This document shows positions 7,990-19,191 of a stretch of 37,205 nt of DNA, piece by piece. Position numbers and translations under genes: made by a program. Origin of the DNA: Prasinococcaceae sp. CCMP 1430 (lineage: Eukaryota > Plantae > Prasinodermophyta); contig RQSC01000030.1 in the NCBI GenBank assembly GCA_013416795.1, forward strand, positions 316,079-353,283. Reading direction: 5' to 3'. The notes below the pieces were generated by a model that was not told the origin of the DNA, ran no database searches, and worked only from the letters and a program-made list of their open reading frames with translations. Numbering within the stretch: position 1 is the first letter of the stretch; each line of letters begins with the position of its first letter.

Positions 7990-9255
7990 ATGGCCCACGC
8001 GGGCGGCGGCAGCGGAGGAGCGGGAGGAGCGGGAGGAGCGGGAGGCTCAGGCGACGCGCCGCGGCGCGCGCGCAAGGCGCTGCTGCTGGCCACGCAGGCG
8101 CTCGGCGCGATGGGCGAGGCGTGGGCGGAGCGCGATGCCCTCAGGGACGAGATCCAATGGGCCAGAGAGATAAGGTGCCACGGAGCGACCGAGCGAGCTG
8201 GCGCGACGGACGCCCCGCGCGCCGCGGACCGCGGCGCCGGCAACCGGGCGCTGCTTCCGGATGCCCCTCCTTGCGCGGCGTCGGCGGAGCGCGCGCACCA
8301 GGCGCTGCTACTGGTCACGCAGGCATTGGGCGTGAGCGCCGACGCCGTGCGGGAGGCGCGCGCCGAGCGCGACGCGGCCCAGGAGGAGCACGACCGGTGC
8401 ATAGAGGCTCTACACGGGGAGCTGTTACTCTGGCATGCGGTCAGGGACGGCGCGGATATCGCCCTCCGGAACGCGCTGTCGCGCGGCGCGAATGCGGACG
8501 CAGAGATCGTTGCGGGCCCCTACACGCTGTCGAACGCCACGTACTGGCAATATCAGAGCATAGGGTTTGCTGGCACCGCCCTGGGCCTCGCGGCGCGCGA
8601 GGGCAGCCTCGGCTGCCTGCGGCTGCTGCTCGCTGCCGGCGCCGACAGGGACAAGGCGGACCGCCTCAGAGGCTGGACGCCCCTGCATCGCGCGGCTCGG
8701 AGCCGGAGGGCGGACTCGCTGCGGCTGCTGATTGAGGCGGGCGCCGACGTGGACAAGGCCAACCTCGACGGGTCGACGCCCCTGCATCAGGCGGCCAAGC
8801 GCGACAGCGCCGAGTGCCTGCGGCCGCTGCTGGAGGCCGGCGCCGACGTGGACAAGCCAAACAGCGGCGGGTCGACAGCGCTGCACCACGCAGCGTTGCG
8901 CGAAAACGCCGAATGCCTGCGGGCGCTGCTGGAGGCCGGCGCCGACGTGGACAAGGCCAACCGACACGGGTGCACGCCCTTGCATCACGCGGCGGCGCGC
9001 GACAGCGACGACTGCCTGCGGCTGCTGCTCGAGGCCGGCGCCGACGAGCACAGGGCGGCCTTCGACGGCTCGACGCCGCTGCACCACGCGGCGCGGTACG
9101 GCGGCGCGGACTGCGTGCGGCTGCTGCTCGAGGCCGGCGCCGTCGCGTCCGCTTGCGACGATTTCGGCGACACGCCGCTCGACCTCGCCGAACGCAACAA
9201 GCACAAGGAGGCCGCAGCGCTGCTGCGCCCGTATGCCGCCCCCGGCGCGCCGTAG
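7990..9255 (+). CDS. Ankyrin-repeat protein (about 7 repeats) with a helical N-terminal region
   Basis: Repeated G.TPLH.AA......C.RLLLEAGAD.DKAN units; ATG in GCGACGATGGCC context; single ORF. Confidence 0.9.
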   Translation: MAHAGGGSGGAGGAGGAGGSGDAPRRARKALLLATQALGAMGEAWAERDALRDEIQWAREIRCHGATERAGATDAPRAADRGAGNRALLPDAPPCAASAERAHQALLLVTQALGVSADAVREARAERDAAQEEHDRCIEALHGELLLWHAVRDGADIALRNALSRGANADAEIVAGPYTLSNATYWQYQSIGFAGTALGLAAREGSLGCLRLLLAAGADRDKADRLRGWTPLHRAARSRRADSLRLLIEAGADVDKANLDGSTPLHQAAKRDSAECLRPLLEAGADVDKPNSGGSTALHHAALRENAECLRALLEAGADVDKANRHGCTPLHHAAARDSDDCLRLLLEAGADEHRAAFDGSTPLHHAARYGGADCVRLLLEAGAVASACDDFGDTPLDLAERNKHKEAAALLRPYAAPGAP

Positions 9256-10329
9256 ACGGGCCGAGCCCGTCGAGGAGCCGCCCGCACGCGCCCGCAACGC
9301 CATAAACGCGCGTGTAGTACAGTACAGAATGTGTGTCCCATGGTGATGCACGGCGCCCTCCCGTGCGATTGGACGCGCTCACGTGCGTTTTGACGTGGCT
9401 ATGCCCGTGCGTGCGATGTGACACGCCGCTTCTTTTCGATCTTTCGGTTGCAGTTCTCGAACTGTCTTTCTCTCTGGCGCGCGTGTTCGACCGCCCCCAG
9501 ACGCCGAGAGAGCGCCTCCGTGCGAGCTCGCCTCCTGCACGACGAAGATACAGTTCAATGGACGGACGCACGCACGCGCATGCAGTAGATTTAGATTTGC
9601 CACCTGCCCGTATCACACACAGCTAACTGGCACCCATCAGATTTGGATACGCGCGGCGCATCGGATAACGCCATCAGAACGAAGGCGCGCGGCGCGCGGC
9701 GCGCGCGAGCGAGCGCGAACGCGCGGCGAGGCCGGAAGGGGCGCGGGGGGGGGAGGGAGGCGCAGCAGCAGCGCTCCCTCCCCCCCTTCCCCCTCCTCCC
9801 GACAACAAAAACAACAACAGCGTCGCCTCTCGGTGCCACACAGCGCCCGCGCGCCGTGCGCCACCGGCGGGCGAGGGCCGGCGGCGTGCGCGTCCGCCGG
9901 GCGGAGCAGTGTCAGACCACCCATTCCACTCGCGCGCGTGCGCCAGGCGCTCTGCCACCCTGCCGCCCTCTTTGCCCTCCCGTCAGCCCGCGGTGCCGCC
10001 GCGCCCACGGATGAGCGCTCCGCAGCAGCCGCCCAAATCTGGATTTGGATTTCGCCGAGCGCGGCAAGCTGACGGCGACGCGTTTGTGCCGTGGCCGCCC
10101 CGAGCAGCCAGGCCTGAGATCGCCGTGCTGACCCTCGGCAGAGGTTGGGATGGCGCCGCGGCCGCACACGTTTCGGGCGCCGCGGGCGTGCGGGGTGGGT
10201 CTCGTGGGCCGACTGCATTGGGTAGCGCGGCGGCTGCCTGGACAGGTACATGCGCTATTACTCTGCATCAGTGTCGTCAGCAACGGGTGCGGGTAGCGAA
10301 AGTTGCGGAAGGCAGAATTACAGTCACTA

Positions 10330-12948
10330 CTACCGAATGGTACCGCCCGCAACGGAGGACGTGCACGGTCCCTTAGAAGTGCCAAAGCCCACGCCCTTGT
10401 ACTGGGCCACGCCGCCCGCGTCGGTCTTGAGCTCAGGCTGCACTGCGTCCCACTGCTTTTTCTTGGGATTGAGCACCTCGTCCGGCTCGCCCGCATAGCC
10501 CTCGAATGCCACGCGCTCGCCGGGCTCGACGCCTTCTGGTGGTATCACAAAGTCCACGGTCGCGCCATCTTCGCTCGACGCGCAGAGCACCATGCCCTGC
10601 GAGGCGATCCCGCGCATCTTGCTCGTCTTGATGTTGGCGAGGACCAGCACGCGCGCGCCCATCATCTGCTCCTCAGTCTTGTGCTTGACGAGGCCCGATA
10701 CGATCGTGCGTGGTTCGTCCTCGCCTACGTCGATCTTCTCCACGTACAATGAGTCGGCATCAGGGTGACGCTTCACCTCGACAATCTTGCCCACCACGAT
10801 GTTGACTGCAGACACGTCCATGCGCGCGGGCGCGGGTTTGCCCTTACCCTTGCCCGTCGCAGCCGCAGGCTTGCCGTCCTTGCCCCCTTTCGCTGCCCCG
10901 GCGCCGCCCTTGCCCCCCTTCGAAGCGGCGGCCGTCGCAGCCTTCTTGTCGCTACCCGTCGCCGCAGTGCCCACCGCGCTGCGCGCCTTCTGGTCGCCTG
11001 CGAACTGAGCGCGGAAGTTGGCAACCTGCTCGTCGGTCATCTGCGAGAAGATGGGCGCGGGCGATCCCAGCGTGTGGCCCGCCTTGAGAAGCAGGTGTGG
11101 CCTCGTGCAGCGCTCGGCGAAGTCCGCGTCCCGCAGCGACAGGGGTCCGCCGGCCGCCAGCACCTCGCCAGAGTCAGCCTCGGCGAAGCCCAATTGGCCC
11201 ATCACCTTGCGCGTGAAGGACGGCATGAAGGGCGTCAGCATGGCGCACAGCACGGCCACGAGGCCCGCCGCCGCGGCGACCACCTCCTCACAGCGCGTCT
11301 TGTCAGTCTTGAAAAGCACCCACGGCGCAGTCTCCTGCAGAAAGGCGTTGCCGGCCTTGGAGACCAGCATTGCGACCTTGAGGCCGTCCTTGATGCGGAT
11401 TTTCTCCATGTTCTCGACGTACTCGGCCACCAGCGGCGCAATCTTCTCGCCGAGCGCGACACCGTCGGCCGAGTCGGCGGCAACCTGCGGCACGACGCCG
11501 CCCAGGCGCGCCTTCATGAAGGACAGCGCACGGTTGACAAAGTTGCCAAGGTTGGCCAGCAGCTCCGAGTTGTTCTTCATCGCTAGGTCGTCCCACACGA
11601 ACATCGAGTCCGCCGACTCGGGGCGGTTGACCAGGAGGTAGTAGCGCCACACCTCGGCGGGGATGCCCGTGGACTTGGCGTCATTGCCGAAGACGCCCAC
11701 GCCGCGCGACTTTGAGAACTTGCCGCCCTCGTAGTTGAGGTACTCGCACACCGAGATGGCGCGCATCATGGTCCAGTCCTCGCCGCTGCCCAGCAGGGTC
11801 GAGGGGAAGATCACGGTGTGGAAGGGGACGTTGTCCTTGCCCATGAACTGCACGAGCTCCACGTCGTTCTCCGCGGGATTCTTCCACCACTTCTCCCACT
11901 CGTCTGTGTACGCTGCTGTGATGGAAATGTAGCCGATGGGCGCGTCGAACCACACGTAGAACACCTTGTCTTCGTAGCCCTCCCGTGGCACAGGCGTGCC
12001 CCAACGCAGGTCGCGCGTGATGCAGCGCGTCTTCAGACCCTGCTTGAGCCACGAGTTGGTGACCGCCACGCAGTTGCTCGACCAATTGCCGCGTGTGGAG
12101 GCGTCCTTCACGTAGGCGTTGAGCTTGTCCTCCACGCGCGGCAGGTCGAGGAAGATGTGCTGCGTGGAACGCACCTCGGGCGTCTGGCCGTTGGCCTTGC
12201 AGCGCGGGTTGATGAGCTCGGTCGGGTTGAGCAGCGCGCCGCAATTGTCGCACTGGTCACCGCGCGCGTCCTCATATTTGCACTTGGGGCACGTCCCCTC
12301 CACCAGCCGGTCGGCGAGGAAGCCCACCGACTCGTGGTACAGCTGCTGTATCGTGTCCTCGTGCGTGTTGCCTGCCCTTTCGCACGCACGGAAGATGCCC
12401 TGGCAGATGTCCGACTGCGCGGGCGTCGAGGTGCGGCCGAACTCGTCGAACTCGATGCCGAACCACTCGTAGATGTCCTTGTGAATGGCATGGTACTTGT
12501 CGCAGATCTGTCGGCACGACAGCCCCTCCTCCATGGCCTTGGTCTGCGTGGCGGTGCCGTACTCGTCTGTGCCGCACACGTACACCGTGTTGTACCCACG
12601 CGCGCGGCAGAAGCGCGCGTAGACGTCCGCGCTCAGCACGCAGCCGATGATGTTGCCCAGATGCGGCACGTTGTTCACGTAGGGCAGCGCCGAGGTGATG
12701 AGCACGTTGCGCGCGCCCTTGACCGGAAGGCGCGGCGGCGTCACGCGCAGGCCCGCCGCTGCGCGCAAGCCGGCGGTGAGCGCCGCGGGGTCATCGCCAG
12801 CGGCCTTGAGCGCTGCGCGTGCTGCGGGCGAGCCGCCGACTGCCGCCGCCCACTTCGCGATGGCCGCCGGCAAGGCCACGCCAGAGGCGCCCGCCAGGCT
12901 CGCCCAGCAGCACAAGTCTGCAGCGCCCGGGGCGCCGCCGCCGCTCAA
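10330..12948 (-). CDS. MARS: Methionyl-tRNA synthetase (cytosolic type) with N-terminal GST-like helix and C-terminal EMAP-II/OB tRNA-binding domain; start unresolved
   Basis: ITSALPYVNNVPHLGNIIG (HIGH-type motif), CGTDEYGT, zinc knuckle CPKC...CDNCG, YVWFDAPIGY, FMGKDNVPFH, KFSKS, then VGKIVEVKRHPDADSLYVEKIDVGE...RTIVSGL. Confidence 0.96.
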   Translation of the reverse strand: MSGGGAPGAADLCCWASLAGASGVALPAAIAKWAAAVGGSPAARAALKAAGDDPAALTAGLRAAAGLRVTPPRLPVKGARNVLITSALPYVNNVPHLGNIIGCVLSADVYARFCRARGYNTVYVCGTDEYGTATQTKAMEEGLSCRQICDKYHAIHKDIYEWFGIEFDEFGRTSTPAQSDICQGIFRACERAGNTHEDTIQQLYHESVGFLADRLVEGTCPKCKYEDARGDQCDNCGALLNPTELINPRCKANGQTPEVRSTQHIFLDLPRVEDKLNAYVKDASTRGNWSSNCVAVTNSWLKQGLKTRCITRDLRWGTPVPREGYEDKVFYVWFDAPIGYISITAAYTDEWEKWWKNPAENDVELVQFMGKDNVPFHTVIFPSTLLGSGEDWTMMRAISVCEYLNYEGGKFSKSRGVGVFGNDAKSTGIPAEVWRYYLLVNRPESADSMFVWDDLAMKNNSELLANLGNFVNRALSFMKARLGGVVPQVAADSADGVALGEKIAPLVAEYVENMEKIRIKDGLKVAMLVSKAGNAFLQETAPWVLFKTDKTRCEEVVAAAAGLVAVLCAMLTPFMPSFTRKVMGQLGFAEADSGEVLAAGGPLSLRDADFAERCTRPHLLLKAGHTLGSPAPIFSQMTDEQVANFRAQFAGDQKARSAVGTAATGSDKKAATAAASKGGKGGAGAAKGGKDGKPAAATGKGKGKPAPARMDVSAVNIVVGKIVEVKRHPDADSLYVEKIDVGEDEPRTIVSGLVKHKTEEQMMGARVLVLANIKTSKMRGIASQGMVLCASSEDGATVDFVIPPEGVEPGERVAFEGYAGEPDEVLNPKKKQWDAVQPELKTDAGGVAQYKGVGFGTSKGPCTSSVAGGTIR

Positions 12949-13009
12949 AAACGCCCCGCCGCCAAGCAGTCCCGCAAGCTCCTCGCATGCCGCGGCGAGG
13001 GCGCGCGCG

Positions 13010-14023
13010 TCGCGTCGAAGCGCGAGCGAGAGGAGAGCTCAGCCGGCGTCGCGGGCGTTGGCGCGGGCGTCGATGCGGGCGTTGACGCGGGCACCGGCGA
13101 GCCGCCCGCAAAGAAGGTGGCTGAGGGCACGACGCGCGTGGGCAGCGAGGGCGACCGAGCTAACTTAACGCCCACCCGCCCACCAGTGGGCACGCGGCTG
13201 GAGGTGCTCTGGGAGCTGCACGACGACGGCGTTGGCGGCGGCACCGAAGCGCGGCCGAGCGTCCGGCACGTGTGGTGGAGCTGCAGGGTGGACGCGCACG
13301 ACGGTTATGGCGCGGCGTGCGAGACGGGCGTTGAAGGGCCGGTCGGCGCGCGCGCGCATCTGCTGTACGACGCCATGCACGGCTTCGCGCAGGAGCGCCT
13401 GCTGGTGACTTTCCTAGACGAGGATACCCTGCAGGACGAGTCGAGTGGGGCGCGCCTGCGCTGGCGCCGAGAGGGTGAGGCGTTTGTGCTCGAGGCAGCC
13501 GTCGGTGTGGATGGCGGCACGACGACCCTCGCCGAGGTCGTGGAGGCCCAGAATGCCGCCGATGCGGAGGCAGGGGTCGGGCTCGAGGAGGCGGCCACGG
13601 AGGCCATGGGCACGCTGCCTCATGTTGCGCAGGTGGGAGCTTGCGCCGCGAATGCGTGCGCCTCGGCACGCGTGTTTTCGCACGGAGCCCATCCACTGCG
13701 TGCATGCCGCGCTCAGCTGGCGCGCGCGTTCGCACTGGGGGAATGCCAGGTTGTCCCTGCCGTCGCTTGCGATACTGACTATGACGCTTGCGCTGCGCCG
13801 ACTGCGATGGCTTTCGTGACCATCCCACCACCCCTGCGTGTCCATACCTGCGCGCACGCGTACGCATTCCTAGGTGCGCATGGCCATGGCCTATCGCGAC
13901 ATGTCCGACTTTGTGAAGGCGAGGCTCAAGAAGCTGGTCGACGAGCGAGGCGCGGGCGCGGAAGTGAGCGCGGACGACATCCAGGCGCTCGTGCACGAGT
14001 ACCAGGAGCGCATCGCGTCGTGA
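13010..14023 (+). CDS. Conserved-looking hypothetical protein (Tudor/Agenet-like beta region); intron 13633-13873; start unresolved
   Basis: PPVGTRLEVLWEL...HVWWSCRV...LLYDAMHGF...RLRWRREGE. Intron CAG|gtggga ... tcctag|GTG gives the last exon VRMAMAYRDMSDFVKARLKKLV...ERIAS*. Confidence 0.6.
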
Positions 14024-14235
14024 ACGGCCCTGGGTCGTGAACGGCCCTGCCCGCCCGGGCGGGGGGAGGCGGCGCTTCCCAAGAGACGCGCCCTGCGCTC
14101 GAGGGCGCAGCCTCCGCTCCCAGCCCCTCCCCCCCGACGCCGGGCCAGGCACCACCTCCCCGGCGCCTCGCGCCCGCCCGGCCTCGCGCGCGCCCTCGCG
14201 CACGTGTCGCGCGCGCGCGGCACTCGCGAGCACAG

Positions 14236-14367
14236 TGCGGCAAGATGAGCGACGCCTGCCAGCAGTACTTCATCGATGAGGCGTGCCTGTACGAGTGCGA
14301 CGAGCACGCCGGCCGCTACCGCAAGCATGAGAACTGCTCGGACCCGGACGGCAACCACTGGCAGATC
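14236..14367 (+). CDS. Folate-receptor-family-like cysteine-rich exon fragment
   Basis: cacag|CGKMSDACQQYFIDEACLYECDEH resembles the folate receptor/riboflavin-binding motif CGxMxxxCxxxFxxxxCLYEC. It ends at the single N at 14368. Confidence 0.55.
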
Positions 14368-14368
14368 N

Positions 14369-14976
14369 CCGGCGACGAGGGCCGCGGAGGCAAGCGCAAG
14401 GCGGCGGCCGAGCCGGCGGCGGCCGAGCCGGCGGCAGCCGGGGCGGCCGAGCCTGCGGTGGCAGCAGCAGCCGAGCCGGTCGCGAAGAAGGTCAAGAAGG
14501 CCAAGAAAGAGAAGAAAGAGAAGGAGAGGCGAGACAAAAAGAAGGAGAAGAACCAGGGGGCTGACCAGCAGCAGCAGCAGCCGGTCGATCCGATAGAAGA
14601 GGAGCGGCGCGCGGAGCTCGGGGAGGCGGCGCGCGCAGCGGGCGAGGCGGCGCGCGCGGCGCGAGAGGCGGCGGAGAGCGCGCAAGTCGCTGCGAAGTGC
14701 GCCGCCGTGGCGGCCTACATCCACGACTGGGACGCGCGGGGCTCGGGCTCTGGTTGGAAGTTCAACAAGAACCTGCAGGGCTTTCTTCTGAAGCACTGGC
14801 GCGAGGCGGACATCATCGAGGAGGCGATCTTTGACAAAGCACTGGCCTACTTGAAACCCCTGAAGGGCGGCGCTCGGGACGCGCTCATCGCAAAGGCCAA
14901 GGAAGTGAACGGCGATGGCAACGAGGCGGACCGCGCCCAACGGCTGCTCCAGGCTCTCGGCGTGGCCTCCGAGTGA
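14369..14976 (+). CDS. WKF-domain protein (DUF2373, C7orf50/YCR016W-like), 5' partial
   Basis: Lys-rich linker, then AYIHDW...GWKFNKNLQGFLLKHW...FDKALAYLKPLKGGARDALIAKA, the WKF-domain pattern. Confidence 0.75.
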
Positions 14977-15141
14977 GACTGCGTGCGACGGCCGCGGCTC
15001 GTAAGTAATCATCTAGGCTAGAGACGGAGACACGGGGACGCGTTGCAAGCGCAGCGCGCGTCTGCGCTCGCGCGCGGCCCAAACCTCCCTGGGGTCACCA
15101 CCACGCGAGGGGTATTACATGCTGTACGACCGCGCGTCACA

Positions 15142-17875
15142 CTACGAGTCGGTCACGAGGCAATCCGAAAGCGTCGAGCTGAGCCTCTCCATGAGCGCGT
15201 CGATCTCCGCGGGCGGCGCACCTGAGCCAGCCTCCGAGCCGTCACCAGCGCCACCTCGCCCGGCTGAGGCGTCTGCAAGCTGCACCTCGAGCTCGTCAAT
15301 GCGCGCGCGCAGGTCATCGCTCTCGCGCCGCGCCTCCCCCAGAGCCTCCTGCATCGCCTGCTCGGCGGCCGCGGCCGCAGCGCGCGCCGCAAGCTCGCCG
15401 GCCTCCTCTGCCGTGCGACGCGCCTGCGCGAGCTCCGAACGCAGCGCCGCTGCCTGGCTGGCGCCAGCGGCAAGCGCGCGCTCAGTTGCCTTCGATGCGC
15501 GCGCATCGGCGACGGCCGAGGCAGCACGTGCCTCAGCGTCGGCGGCGTCTGCTTCAGCCTTCTGGAGACGCGTCTCGAGGGCCGCCACGCGCTGGCGCAT
15601 TGCCTCGACCTGCTTCTCAGCATGCTCTTTGGCGGACAGCGACTCGCTGGCCGACGCATCCGACGCGGTCTTCGCAAGCTGCAGCATCTGTGCCGACTTG
15701 GCCTCGCGCTCCTTCGCCTCCGCTTGCGCAGCCTCGGCCTCGCTCTTCAAGCGTGTAATCTCGCGGTTGAGACGCTCCGCCTCCGCTTGTGCGGCGGCGG
15801 CGGCCACCTCCGCCTCCTCCCCGAGCTCTGCAATCCTCTGCTCAAACTCTACCCTGGCGAGCCGCGCGGTCTCGCGTGCCTCGGCAAGTTGCGCCTCGCT
15901 GCGCCGCACCACCTCGCGCTCGCGTTCTATGGCACCCTCGCGGCCTTCACTGGCTGCAGCGGCCTCCTGTGCAGCTGCAGCCATGCGCTTCACAGCCTCA
16001 CCGCGAGCTTCCTTCGCCTCCGCCTCCATCGTAGAGGCGTGCTCTTTCGCAGACGCGAGCTCCTCCCGCATCGCCGTCCGCTCTTCCTCCAGCAGCGACA
16101 AGGACTCCTTGGCGGAGGCAAGCTCTTCTGCTACCTTCGCAAGCTGTGCCTCAGCCTCGGCGGCGCGTTTCTCGAGCAGTGCCGCGTCATTGCGTGCGCC
16201 GACGAGCTGCTCGGCTGCCTCGGCAACTTCCGCCTCCAGCCTTTTGGTCCTCGCCTCGGCCGACTCAGTGCCCTCAAGTGCACGCGAGAGCTCTTCCTGT
16301 ACCTTGGCAAGCGTGCTGGTCGCCTCCTTGCTACTCTCGCGTGCGGTCACGAGGTCCTCCTCCGCCTGTCGCATGGCGCTCGACGCGTTCTCCCTCTGCT
16401 CGACAGCGGCAGCAGTCATGGTGCGCTCGGCTTCTGCTCTCGCTGCGGCGAGCTCGTCGGTGGCTGCCGAGGCCCTCTCCTCTGCGGCCTTGGTCGCGAC
16501 CTTGGCCCCCTCGAGCTCTTTCTGCAGCCCCGCAGCTCTTTTCCGAGCCGCTGCTGCCTCCTGCTTTGCCTCATCCAGCCGCGTCTCGAAGTCCTCTCTC
16601 GTCACACCTGTCGAGTCCGAGGCGCGCACAGCCGCATCGGTGAGAGAAGCCTCGGCGACGCCGAGCTTCGCCCTCGTGCTCGCATGCTCGCGCTTCTCGG
16701 CCTCCAAAGCCGCCTCGAGCTCATTCACCTCCTTAGCCGAGGCACCGTCCGCGGAAGCAACGGCGCTGTCGTCGACTAAAGGGTCCGGAGCATGGGCCGA
16801 TGCGTCCTTTGAGCCGCGTCTCTTTTGTTTGCGGCCTCTCCTGCCCTTGCTCTGTTGCTGCCGGCCCTCTGCCTGATCGCCTGCCTGCGATGCGGCACCC
16901 TCAGCACCTTGGTCTTTCGCAGCGGCAGCAGCCTTGGCAGCCTCGACTGCTCTTCGGAGCTTAGCCATCTCCTCCTCGGCCGTAGCCGCTGCGGCCGCGG
17001 CATCCTTTCGAAGCGCCTCGACCTCTTTGGCGGATGCGACCGCCGCGGACTCGACAGCCTTCTGAAGATCCGCGATCTCTGCCGCAGCTTTCTCAGTGGC
17101 CTCCTCTGCAGCGCGCTGCAGTCGTCCCTTCTCCTCCTGCTCTGCCTGAAGCTGCTGCCTGAGAGCACGCGCCTCCTCGCTAGCGCTCGAGGCCTCCTCT
17201 TCTGCGCGCGCACGATCCCTCCGCGCCTCGTCCAAGCTAGCACGCGCATCGGCCTCAACCTCGTTCGCGCGCGCTTCCGCCTCGTCGGCGCGTCGCCGTT
17301 GATCGGCCGCGTCGGCAGCTGCCGCGGCGAGAGCTTTCACGCTACCATCGCCGTCTACACTGGTCTCGGGGGCCAGATTCGCATTCGCCGGCAGCGCTGG
17401 CTCCGCACCGCCGAGCGCGAGCTGCGGCGCGAGCTATGTCAGCCGCGCGCGCGTTGCGAGCGCGTTCATGAATTCCCCCCACTCAGGCGAGCAAAGGCGG
17501 GCCCGGGAGCGCACACGGCGCACGCAGCCCTCATGCGCCCACTCGCGCGCATTTGTGCGCACGTACGTGAGCGAGATGCCCTCTTGGCGCGCTCTTTGCT
17601 GCCCCATTGTCAACCGCGGCGCCGTCCGCGGCGATGGCGCTGATCACCGACGCAGAGCCGCGCATGAAGCTTAGCGCGGCGGACGCGCCCTTCCTCGCAG
17701 CAGCAGCGGCGGCCTCGGCGGCCTCCTTGCTCATAGCCGCGGCCTCTTCCGCGACGGCGGCCGCCGTCAGGTCCTCATCCTCCTCGCTGTACATCTCGTC
17801 GCCGGACTCCTCCTCGCCGAGCACGGCATCCTCGACACGCGCGAGCGCTTGCGATGCAGCGCTGAAGAAGTTCAT
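15142..17875 (-). CDS. Long coiled-coil protein (golgin-like); exons 17567-17875 and 15142-17421
   Basis: ATG at 17875 (MNFFSAASQALARVEDAVLG). Phase-0 intron 17422-17566 (CAC|gtacgt, branch gctgac, ccgcag|) joins a >700-aa A/E/K/R-rich ORF. Confidence 0.75.
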
Positions 17876-18350
17876 CGCGGCCGCCGCGCGCGCGCCACGT
17901 GCACGCGTCAGCCCGGCGCGCACGCGTGCGGAGTGGGTGTGGCTGAGGGGTGGCTGCGGCGGCGGCGGTGGCCCGCCGAGGGGCCGCGCGCACTGCCCCC
18001 GGGGACGGTCTGCCCTGCCCCCCACAGCGCGCCGCACGCGGGTGTGGCACAGCGTGCGACCGCGCTTGACCTTCCTCCAACAGCCTCACACGAAACACCG
18101 CACTCCCTGCATGCAATGCATTTTGACGTGTGAATGAGAAAACAAAAATCAGGTTGAAGCGGGCGAGGTGGCGCCTCTCTAGCTCTCTAGTTAGCTAGCT
18201 AGCGACCGCCGCACGTGGCGCCCACGGCGCCTCACCCGCGCGACAGACACAGAGGTCGGCGTAGCTGTCGCGTGCGAGCAGGGTTCCCTCCCTCACTACT
18301 CCCAGCAGGGGGCCAAACGCCACTACGTGGTCCACGTAGTGGCGACCGCG

Positions 18351-18650
18351 CTACCGCAGCACCTTCCCTGCGGCGAGCTCGGCCGCCGCGCGCTCCCTCG
18401 CGCGCTGCTGCTGCCAGCGCCACGATTTGTAGTTTTCAACACCAAGGTACACGCACACCCCGACGAACACGCTCGTGCCGACGGCGGCGAGCGCGCGCTG
18501 GCCCGCCGTCGGCCGCGCGAAGAGCTCGAAGTTGACCGCTCGGAAGAAGGTCGTGTTCTCGCGCCCGCCCGCGCGAAAGACGCGCGTCGCCGCGTCGTCC
18601 AGGCGCTTGGCGAGCGGCTCGGCGTCGGGCGCCCCGCCGGCGGGGCATGG
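18351..18650 (-). CDS. Small single-pass membrane protein, SMIM8/DUF4500-like (frame not in the supplied ORF track); start unresolved
   Basis: Manual translation: ...KRLDDAATRVFRAGGRENTTFFRAVNFELFARPTAGQRALAAVGTSVFVGVCVYLGVENYKSWRWQQQRARERAAAELAAGKVLR*. FRAVNxELFxxP followed by a TM helix is the SMIM8 pattern. Confidence 0.6.
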   Translation of the reverse strand, partial: PCPAGGAPDAEPLAKRLDDAATRVFRAGGRENTTFFRAVNFELFARPTAGQRALAAVGTSVFVGVCVYLGVENYKSWRWQQQRARERAAAELAAGKVLR

Positions 18651-19191
18651 CTGCGCTGCGTTTTTTGCACGCGGACGCGAAGGCGCCGCCGGCGACGCCT
18701 GTGGCCCCCGCCGCAGCGCGGCAGGCCGCCGTCAACGCACCCACCGACACGAGAAGGAGGTTACGGGTTTATCATTAGGGTCATGCGCATCGAAACGGGT
18801 TCAAATGATGAGGCGCAAACGCATGCGTTTTCGTACGAGGGTCGGCCGAAGCCCTCACTGCAGGCGGATAAGATGAGCATTTGGGGGTGGCACCCTGCTG
18901 GGGGTGCCACAGCGACGCTGCGGTGTCTGCGTGCTCCATGGGATCGCCTGCGGCGGCGATGGCGCTTCTGCGGCGTGGCGCGGCCCTCGGCGCGAGGTGC
19001 GGCGCGGCGGCGGCGGCGGCGGCGGCGTTTACGATTTACGCGCGCGCGGCGCGCGGCGCGGCGCGGCGCGGCGGTGTACTGCGGCGCGCGGACTTATGGC
19101 CCGGGGCCCTCGCTGCGCGCCGTCTAACGCGGTGTGGGCTGACGCTCGAGCGGCGCTCTGATGCACACGCGCACGCGCGCGCTTTGCTTGC

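Noticed and set aside
10011-10250. Possible + strand exon MSAPQQPPKSGFGFRR... with a donor near 10246
   Set aside because: No recognisable domain, and no room for downstream exons before the convergent MetRS end.
14245-14976. Supplied 243-aa ORF as one novel fusion protein
   Set aside because: The two unrelated halves meet exactly at a single N, so it is treated as two partial genes.
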